DNA from: Octopus vulgaris
Lineage: Eukaryota
DNA: 64,000 nucleotides
Direction: 5' to 3'
Assembly (NCBI GenBank): GCA_951406725.2
Contig: OX597834.1
Location: forward strand, 42,656,001 to 42,720,000
The notes under the pieces are model-generated. The model saw only the letters and a program-made list of their open reading frames with translations. It had not been told where the DNA came from and made no database searches. Position numbers and translations under genes: made by a program. How positions within the stretch are numbered: position 1 is the first letter of the stretch; each line of letters begins with the position of its first letter. Below are positions 54,432 to 64,000 of this stretch, piece after piece.

Positions 54432-56635
54432 GTTTATTTTAGTTTATATACATTACAAAGCAAGTTAAGAAACAAAACACCGCTTCGTAACGAAGTCTCC
54501 CATAAGTCTATCGAGTTTTAGAAGATTAAAACACACAAGCAAAGTGTTTGTAATACTGCAATATAATTAAATGTATTTAAGCCATAAATCACACATAATA
54601 CACAGCGAATAATTGTTTTTACTACTAGTAAAAGAATCCAATTTCAGTGTTTTACTATTCATAAACTAGACCATTATTAATTACTATAGAATTTGGAAGC
54701 ATTGTTTGAAGATCTATCTTCGTTGCGGCAAACAGAATTTTTTCAAACAAGCTAATTCTTTTTAACAATCAAAAGAATGCGCTAGAACCAGATTAATCGT
54801 TTAACACATTCATCACTCGTTAGATCACAAGGATAATATTTAATAATTTTTGTTGAATAAAAAAAAAAAATAAAATAAAAATCTATTTTAATAAAGCCAG
54901 ATCTGTAACAAGAGATTTCTAAGAAAATCTATGTGATTAAGAAATTCGATTTATTAGTATAATATATAAACATTAAACTTGAATGTAAAGAGAATATAAT
55001 GTTATATATGTAAGCGTGGCAATGGCAATATGGTGAAGAATTTCGCGTCGCCTCTGATGGATTCTGTGCAGCATTCCACGATCTGGCGCCTTAGACATTT
55101 CTTTTCTTCTATAATCTCTGGATGATCGCTGCTTTGCGAGTTAAGTTTGCTGCACGGGAACTATGAACATCCTGATGCATATACGCATTAGACATATGTA
55201 TGATGTATGTATATATGTCTACATATATATATATGTTTTGGTGAGCATGTGATTGTGTGGTAAGAAGCTTGCTTCCCAACATGGTTTCTGTATGGTTCCG
55301 GGTTCAAGTTCTGGTCAAGTTTTCGTGTGTGTACGCGGAATGGGGGAAATTGCTTATCATCATCAACATTCTCTCTTCCAGAATTAACTGGAACCAGCGA
55401 AATGAAAGAGTTGGAACAGACGGGAATTTTGTCAGACATGGCATATTTTGATAAGAGAGCGGTTGATGGGTCTCCATGCTGATAGTTCATTCACAGTTAT
55501 TTCCCTTTGCCTTGTATCATTCTTCGTACTCAAAGTGAGACTATCTGACGCCTAGGCGTCTATATGATTAACAAGATGGCGGGCCTTTCAATCTAACTTT
55601 GAGACTGATGATCTCACAAGAGAGGACCAACAAACTCAATGCTTTTCTTGCTAGCTTAAATGGCACCCGAGTGCCACAGTATGACTTATAAGCAGCGCTT
55701 AAGTATTTTGATCTGAAGAAGAAGAGGATCTCTCAAAATTGTACAAGATTTCTCCGGCTGGATTTAATGAGTTCTAAGTTATCTTCAGTTTGAACATCTG
55801 GGTCTGAACTTTTGCAACAGGGTGGACGCCACGAAAAGAAAGAAAGATTGCCTTAAATACTCGAGTGTTTTTATACCCTCATATATATTATCTACACATC
55901 GTTCTCTAAAGTCTCCAAACATCATTTATTTCGCTGCCAGCCGTTAATGTATTCGTTTATAATTTTATTCTTTTCCCCTGGTTGTACTTCAGTCTCTGGA
56001 GACAATGGCATTGCAGAAGCACTCCCCACCTTAAAGGCTAAACTCGTATACACGGTTTCATGTAATCTAGTCTGGCGAAAAGGATATATTTAATGCAACG
56101 CATGAATAAGCCATCTAGTGAAGATCGAACCCGAAAACGAATGAAGCGTTATTCACATATAAATGTTGGTGTCAAATTTTGGCACAAGTTTCGGTGAGAG
56201 GAGGTAAGTCGACTACGGCGATCCTAGTGTTTCACTTGTACTTAATTTATGGACCCCGAAAGGACGAAAGGCAAAGTCAATCTCGGCGGGATTTGAACTC
56301 AGAATGTCGTGACAGGCGAAATAGCAATAAACATTTTGTCCAGTGTGCTGACGATTCTATTAGCTCGTCTCCTTATTTAGATAAAAGTGTTAATTGTCAA
56401 AATTTAATTAATCTCTGAGCGTAACCAGAGGAAAATTAAACCCATCACAGATACCGATTTCAAATTCTGACACAAGGCCAGGAAGTTCGGGGGAGGGATA
56501 AAGTCGATTACATCGACTCCAGTGTTCAACTTACTATATCGATCCTACAAGGACGAAAGGCAATGTCAACCGCGGCGGAATTTGAACTCAAAACATAAAG
56601 ACGGAGGAAATACCGTTAAACATTTTACCTGGCTT

Positions 56636-56795
56636 ACACTTTTACTTGTTTCAGTCATTTGACTGCGGCCATGCTGGAGCACCGCCTTTATCGAGCAAAT
56701 GGACTAAAGTCACGGGGACGTAAACACACCAGCATCGGTGGTCAAGCGATGTTGGGGGACAAACACAGATATACGAACATATACACACACATGCA

Positions 56796-56842
<47 letters not shown>

Positions 56843-57004
56843 GACGGGCTTCTTTCAGTTTCCGTCTACCAAATCCACTCACAAGGATTTGGTCCGCCCT
56901 TGGCTATATTAGAAGACACTTGCCTAACGTGCCACGCAGTGGGACGGAACCCGGAACCGTGTGGTTGGTAAGCAAGCTACTTACCACACAGCCACTCCTG
57001 CGAC
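56636..57004 (-). mobile_element. SINE-A copy nested in a SINE-B head
   Basis: Splits SINE-B between cattttacctggc and tgctaacaattctg. Confidence 0.85.
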
Positions 57005-57215
57005 TGCTAACAATTCTGTGAACTCGTCACCTTATTTATATAATAATATTAAATGCCAAATTTTAATTTATCTCTGAATTTAAGTCTAATGGTCTGAATA
57101 ACCAGAGAGAAAATAAAAAATTTAAATATAAAATCATCACACACATTTAAACATGTATCTCCAAAAGTCGGAGTGAAATCCACCAGTACAAGCGTACTGG
57201 TGGATTTACTGTAAC

Positions 57216-57263
<48 letters not shown>

Positions 57264-58130
57264 TATATATTTAGATGAAAATAAACAAATAAATAGGCGT
57301 CTATTAATGGCATTTTGAACTGCACTAAATCGTTTTTTCTTTTTAACAAATTAGGCAGATTCGCCACCAGCAAATTCAACGGTACAGTTTCTTTTCTTGT
57401 TTGCATTAGTTTTCTTTGTCACGCGACAGACAAAGCCTGTCATAAAATCCCAACATCTCCATTGTTGTTTGGTTTCTATTATAATACAATCAGCAATTAC
57501 AGAAACAAATAATTTAACAAAGGCTTCCCATAGAGGCGGAGGGGCTGACCGGATTATCAGTAAATCTCAGTGCCAAGTACACTGTTTCCGTTTCATAGTT
57601 TAACAGTTAATGTTTCAAGTTAGTACATCCGATTCAAATGTGACTGGTATGCAAGGGATGGTGTATGTGTTTTTGTTTCGGGGTTGGGAGGGGATACACA
57701 AAACCCTTCCGTTACAAAAAAACGATGGAAATAGATGTAACAAAAACGTATATTAGAAATATAGAGCTGGCAGAATCGTTAGCACGACGGGCGAAATCCT
57801 TGGCGGTATTTCGTCTGCCGCTACGTTCTGAGTTCAAATTCCGCCGAGGTCGACTTTGCCTTTCATCCTCTCAGGGTCGATTAAATAAGTACCAGTTACG
57901 CACTGGGGTCAATATAATAGACTTAATCCGTTTGTCCGTCCTTGTTTGTCCCCTCTGTGTTTAGCCCCTTGTGGGTTGTAAAGAAATAAGAAATATATAT
58001 CAGCGGCCTTTAGACGCATAAACACCCACACATGCACACCCGAACACACACATTTAGATATATGTCTGAATGCAGTTAAGTATACACACACATTAAAAAT
58101 ACACACACTTACATGCGTTTAATGGTTTTT

Positions 58131-58177
<47 letters not shown>

Positions 58178-58187
58178 ACATATATAT

Positions 58188-58580
58188 AAGGCGGCAAACT
58201 GGCAGAAACGTTAGCACGCCGGGCGAAATGCGTAGCCGTATTTCGTCTGCCGTTAAGTTCTAAGTTCAAATTCCGCCGAGGTCAATTTTGCCTTTCATCC
58301 TTTCGGGGTCGATAAATTAATTACCAGTTACGCTCTGGGGTCGATATAATCGACTTAATCCGTCTGTCTGTCCTTGTTTGTCTCCTCTGTGTTTAGCTCC
58401 TTGTGGGTAGTAAAAAATCTGTATTTCGTCCGTGTTTACATTTTTGAATTTAACTTTGCCTTTTATCCTTTCGGGGTCGATAGATTAAGTACCAATGAAG
58501 CACTAGGATCAATGGGATCGACTTACCCCTTTTCCCCCCTAAACATCAGGCCTTTTACCCATAACAGCTAAGATTATATT
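58188..58580 (+). mobile_element. SINE-B with two body units
   Basis: Same head and body as 62067; a single-unit copy lies at 57763-57992. Confidence 0.85.
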
Positions 58581-58589
58581 ACACAGAAA

Positions 58590-59065
58590 TGTACGAAGGC
58601 ATTTTGAAAATAAACGGTGCAAGCATCCATTACAAAAAGTCTCAAAGGATAGGAAACAACAATGTCAGATATTTTTCTCAGAGGCGACCAGAAAACAAAG
58701 TTCTTTCTAATTGAAATCTCTGTCGCAACAGGTGATGATGCATTTCTCCACGAAGAAGAACTGGATCAAAAGATCTGGAAACGGATTGAGGGCATTGAAA
58801 GCAGAAACAATGGGCGTTCGGGGTATTAATATGGCAAACATTCGTACGTATACATAAGCAATACCGAAGAACTTACATATGCACATAGTATACAGGAATA
58901 AGTAATACTAATTATGCTAATACAAGGGTTGTCAGTACAGCAGAAAAGATCTAACCGAAAGAAGAGAATAAACACTCTTAATACCCACAGAGCTGGGCTC
59001 GATGTTACACTGAAAGTATGAAGCTAAAAAGAAAAAAAAAGGCTACTGAAAAATAATAACAACAA
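58590..59065 (+). pseudogene. Decayed 3' end of an R4/Dong-like non-LTR retrotransposon (restriction-like endonuclease region)
   Basis: Fragments such as DQKTKFFLIEISVATGDDAFLHEEE and KDLE resemble the RLE 'LIDVSIP.D.N...KE.EK..KY.DL' motif; ends in an aat/aac-rich tail; frameshifted. Confidence 0.45.
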
Positions 59066-60347
59066 GTAACTTAATGGGTTAATTTGTTCAATTAATTAAC
59101 TTTGCAGGATAAATGTTCACAGGACTTAAGTAGCAGTGGTGTCATATATCTGGGTCAGCACACGTAGACACATGCACCAACACTCACACATATACGTGCG
59201 TGTGATTGCTCGTCTCTTTGTCGATTCTGATATGTATTTGTTTATGTGTGTGTGTGTGTGTATGTGAGCGTGCGTATTATATATCCTCCCGATTTGCGGC
59301 AACAGTTTCCTGTATATGCTTACGACAGGGAGTCCAATATGGAGTTATAATTTCAATATATTATTCTCTTTTTTGACACGAGGTACTGAATACCACAACC
59401 GAAAGAGGAAACGAGATTATGTCAGCTTCTCATTTTAACGAACATAAATTCAGTAAAATGGCTTCTAGATTGAACAAAAAACGAGGTCATGGACCAAGTT
59501 AACATGTTGTACATAAAAGATAGCTTTATTTGATTGTAGTGTTTTAGTATGTTGTTGTAATTGGTGAGATTGTTCAATACTCATATCAAATCTGATTAAA
59601 TAGGGAAATCTGCATATGTTCAAAATTATTTTAGTTATGAATCTCATAATTTTCGATACGACTGTCTTGGCATTCTAGAGGTACTTACACCAGTAGCATC
59701 CAAGGTAAGAAAATACGGCACGATTCGGTATTTTGAAAGGTAGTGAGAGTTAACGAAGGTTTGGTCATGCTCGCTGTGAACATACATAAGACTCTACAAC
59801 CCAACAAGTATCAAATTAATGGAGACAACGTTTGCTAAACTAATTATAAAACGGAAAGATTACACAGCGTTTTTATGTATTTTTACAACAGTTTAAGTAA
59901 TAGTCGGGTGTGTGACTGTGTGGTTAAGAAGATTGCTTTGCAACGGCGAGTCTTCAGGTTCAGTCCTACTGCACAGCATCTTGGGCAAATGGCATTTACT
60001 GTAGATGCGAGCCGGGCAATGACTTGTAAACGAATCTGGTTGTCAGAAACTGTTTGGAAGATCATCGTGTGTATAATCCTGGCGGTTACCATTTTATCTC
60101 TTAGATTGGTTTCCGATGTCGGCTAGGAGCAACAGTCCTTTAGTGATACCCGAATTAACAATAAGTTGCTAGACCGGTAACTATTCTCGCTTGGTATTAA
60201 TATTAATAATAATAATGAGACCTCGATATTATGTAAAATAGAGGAATTTATCAATAAATGTAATATGTGACAATTGGTTGTTATAATAAAATTCAGAGTT
60301 TTGGATTCCGGGGCTGAAGGACCAGACTTATATATATATATATATAT

Positions 60348-60557
60348 AAGTTAATCTAAACATGAAAACCCAAAGAGAAAACACAGCAACGCGAGGACGT
60401 GGAACAAGTTTAGTGTCATTCGACGCTCAGGAAAGGAAATAAATAAAAAGGATTTAACGTTTCGAGCGGAGCTCTTCGTCAGAAACATGGGAAAAAGAAA
60501 GATCCAAGGAAGGGAAGACGGAGGAAAAAAATCGCTAACGATACACACGCGGTCACA
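60348..60557 (-). mobile_element. ~210-bp hammerhead-containing repeat (family H1), next to (TA)n
   Basis: Reverse-complement homolog of 22838-23040; TA repeats on both sides. Confidence 0.7.
60417..60487 (-). ncRNA. Type-I hammerhead ribozyme motif, intact core with extra A after A9
   Basis: Minus strand reads TGTTT-CTGACGA-A-GAGC-TCC-GCTC-GAAA-CGTT...AGC-GTC|GAATG. Stem III is ACGUU/AGCGU, the GUC site is at 60424-60422, and stem I is weak and GU-rich. Confidence 0.7.
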
Positions 60558-60569
60558 TATTGAATAGTG

Positions 60570-60609
<40 letters not shown>

Positions 60610-62031
60610 CATATATACACACAAGATGGAGGTGAAAATAGCACTAAGCCATTTCAGTATAAGAGGTAATTTAATAAAAGATTGCATAAATAAAAATATT
60701 AATATTACTACTTTCGATGTATTTCATCTTATCAAATACAAGTAAAAATTTATAAAAAATTGAAGTAAAAACAGTAAAAACAATCTTCTTTCTGGTGGTC
60801 AAGAACATGTCTGGAGATTTTTCGTTGAAGTCTTCCTTAAATATAGTTTCATGATGTAGAATTCAAAGTGTTAGCGAGTGAGATAAGGGATGTCTATTGT
60901 CTAAAAGAAATATTTGTGCGTTCCGGTCAAGGGAGTGTCTAGAAATGACTTTTTTTCGACTATCATTTCAAAACCTTGTCTAGTTTAAATGATAATTACT
61001 CATATTTAGCAAATGTAAATTTCCTCACGTGCAAGCACGAGCCTGTATCATCTCATAGTAGGGTTATTAATCGGGGTATAATTAGAGTTTATAATTAGAG
61101 AATTAAAGATAGTGCTATTGCTACTTGGCAGTGAGCCTTATTTTTAATATTTCTTTACTTTTTATATATTTCTTTTGTCAATATCTACACCCAAGGAAAC
61201 CCATTATGGTCAAGGAAATGTATTCAGAATTATACAACTGAATATTCATCTGTTTCTTGGATGTTAACTATTGAATACCATATTTTGAAGACCTAACTAA
61301 GAGCAAACTGGTAATCATTTTGGGATAACCCCTTACTTTTTACTAATATATGGTGGATTTGTGTCTGACTCTACCGGCACCACTTGCTAATCAGTGTCTG
61401 CTTGCATTCCTGCAACAATGGGCAAAAGAGACATAAAACGAATCGTAAACCTAAAAAAAGAAAATAAGTACTCGTGTCAATTCAAGGTGGTGCCCTAGCA
61501 TGGCCGCACTTCAATGACTGATGCAAGCAAAAGAAGACAAAAAAGGCAATCAGTTCTGTTAGAGAATTAACGACATCTTTCATTTAATAAAACTTAATAA
61601 AACTGTTGATCTACGCAGTTTCTGTCTCTAGTTACAATGGAGACTCACTGTTGTTATGTCATCTGATGATCAGATGAGAGGATTTCCTGTGAAACGGGAA
61701 GATAATGAACAAAATACAATTAATTATGTAGTGTCCAATAAAAACCACTCAACAATGAATATATAGATATATTAAAAGTGATAACTAAGAGAAATGCAAT
61801 TAGTAAGCATAATGAGCTTAATGAGTACACCTAAACGACCGCCTCATTATATAATCAGAATATGTGTGAATATATATACGCATATAAACACATATATAAT
61901 GTATATTGATATATGTGCACACACACACACACACATATGTATAAATATATACATCTATACATATATAAAACGTAAATATGTATCTATACGCACACATAAT
62001 TTTTTTTAATGTTATGTAATAATTGTTGTTG

Positions 62032-62066
<35 letters not shown>

Positions 62067-62068
<2 letters not shown>

Positions 62069-62635
62069 GGCGGCGAGCTGGCAGAATCGTTAGCACGCCG
62101 GGTGAAATGCTTAGCAGTATTTCGTCGGCCGCTACGTTCTGAGTTCAAATTCCGCCGAGGTCGACTTTGCCTTTCATCCTTTCGGGGTTGATTAAATAAG
62201 TACCAGTAACGCACTGAGGTCGATATAATCGACTTAATCCGTTTGTCCGTCCTTGTCTGTCCTCTCTGTGTTTAGCTCCTTGTGGGTAGTAAAGAAATAG
62301 GTATTTTGTCTGCCGCTACGTTCTGATTTCAAATTCCGCCGAGGTCGACTTTGCCTTTCATCCTTCCGAAGTCGATAAATTAAGTACCAGTTACGCACTG
62401 GGATCGATATAATCGACTTAATCCGTTTGTCTGTCCTTGTTTGTCCTCTCTGTGTTTAGCCCCTTGTGAGTAGTAAAGAAATAGGTATTTTGTCTGCCGC
62501 TACGTTCTGAGTTCAAATTCCGCCGAGGTCGACTTTACCGTTCTTTCCTTTCGGGGTCGATAAATTAAGTACCAGTTAAGTACCCGCCTCCCCCCAAATT
62601 TCGGGCCTTATGCCTAGAAGAGAAAAGATTATCAT
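62067..62635 (+). mobile_element. SINE-B with three tandem body units (184-bp period)
   Basis: Head aggcggcgagctggcagaatcgttagc; units start at 62117, 62301 and 62485. Each unit has a B box GAGTTCAAATTCC-like motif and gcctttcatcctttcggggtcgataaattaagtaccag (Meta/Sauria-SINE-like domain). Preceded by (tta)n. Confidence 0.9.
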
Positions 62636-63709
62636 TAAGTTGGCGAGCTGGCTGAATTGTTACTGCGCCGGGCAAAATACTTATCAAAAATTGTTCAAGT
62701 GTAGTACAACGGTTTTACTACAGAATGGTGAAACTATTTTCTCGTTTGCTGAAAAAAGCAACGTTTTAGACATACGACACTTTTGCATAAGAGCAACGAC
62801 ACACACACACACATACATTGTTATATTTCGGAATGGTCATATTTTTGGCAATATAATTATATGTATGTATGTATGTATTTTATGTGCGTATCTATGTGTA
62901 TATCTAAGTATGCGCATTTATTTGTGTATGCATGTATATGTAACAACGTGTGTTTGTATGTGTATATACGGACGTACACACACGTGCACACAGTAAAGTA
63001 GTAATAATTACTCAGCCTACAAATACCGAACCGGAGAAGATTAAAATGAAATTTTTTTCCCCCCTACCTTGTAATATAATAGAATGGAACTTTGGGGAAT
63101 TACTCTGCAATCTGTAATCACCGATAGAAGACAATCAATGCTGAAGGAATTTCAATTTGGTTGCAGTCACATAAGAAATATACGCAACCGAAGATATAAT
63201 TAACTCTATAGAACAGACCGATGATCCAATAATTAATCAATTCGATTATTATCGATACGAAAAGACTAACAGAAAGAAAATAAATAGAATGCATTGTTTT
63301 TATTTGAACGTTTTACCTGTTGTAACATATAAAATGACTTTACCTATGTAAATACCTGCATTGATTAAATGAGATGAGAAAATATCAATCGCTGATGAAT
63401 TAACAATCATTGAAGGAAGCCTTCTCATGACCTTATTCCGAAGTCGATCGGTAATGTTCTACTGTACACTCAATGGATTTTCAACATCGTTTGTCATATA
63501 CAAAAGAATCTAGTCTACCCCAGATTCTAAACGCCGCTTCGCTACACTTCAATATATTGATTAACCACAGATCAGGGATCTGCTTCAGAGAAATAAGTAG
63601 CGCATAATTTCCTTTGTCGTCCTGTTTTTTTTTTTGTTTCTGTTTGTTTTCCAGGAGTTGAATTAGGTCCATGCTGGAGCAGCACCATGAAGTGGTTGTT
63701 ACTCTATCT

Positions 63710-64000
63710 CACTCTTACTTGTTTCAGTCATTTGACTGTGGCCATACTGGAGCACCGCCTTTAGTCGAGCAAATCGACCCCAGGACTTGTTCTTTTGTAA
63801 ACCTAGTACTTATTCTATCAGTTTCTTTTGCCGAACTGCTAAGTTACGGGGACGTAAACACACCAGCGTCGGTTGTCAAGCGATGTTGGGGCGGACAAAC
63901 ACAGACACACAAACATATACACACACACATATACATATATACGACGGTCTTCTTTCAGTTTCCGTCTACCAAATCCACTCACAAGGCTTTGGTCGGCCCG
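63710..64000 (-). mobile_element. SINE-A copy running off the window end
   Basis: Reverse complement of consensus. Confidence 0.85.

Noticed and set aside
61663-61700. CTGATGA...GAAAC hammerhead-like spacing
   Set aside because: No stem III/NUH or stem I; CTGATGA is part of a local palindrome.
62117-62580. Regular direct repeats that might suggest a CRISPR array
   Set aside because: These are contiguous 184-bp SINE body units with no unique spacers, in eukaryotic sequence without cas genes.

Overview
AT-rich, microsatellite- and SINE-dense animal genomic DNA. The repeat families look like those of octopus (coleoid cephalopod); this is inferred, not proven. The only credible protein-coding gene is a + strand LIM-domain-only gene of the LMO4 type. 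It has two coding exons (17107/17127-17398 and 41130-41388) joined across a 23.7-kb phase-2 intron, giving about 176 aa with two complete LIM domains, plus a candidate non-coding first exon near 7.5-7.7 kb. Nearly all other listed ORFs are microsatellite or SINE artefacts. The rest is (TA)n/(CA)n/(CT)n/(CTAT)n repeats, at least five modular tRNA-derived SINE types that swap heads and tails, and LINE and DNA-transposon remnants. The most notable signal is a set of about 7-8 small non-coding elements, mostly in or beside (TA)n tracts, that carry type-I hammerhead ribozyme motifs of the kind known from Penelope-like element pLTRs and retrozymes. Two have intact catalytic cores (6358-6393 +, 60417-60487 -). 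Several have the palindromic 'minimal/dimeric' stem III, and two sit in fold-back inverted-repeat structures. Also notable is a CR1 insertion with a 32-bp target-site duplication whose empty-site paralog lies about 3 kb away in inverted orientation.
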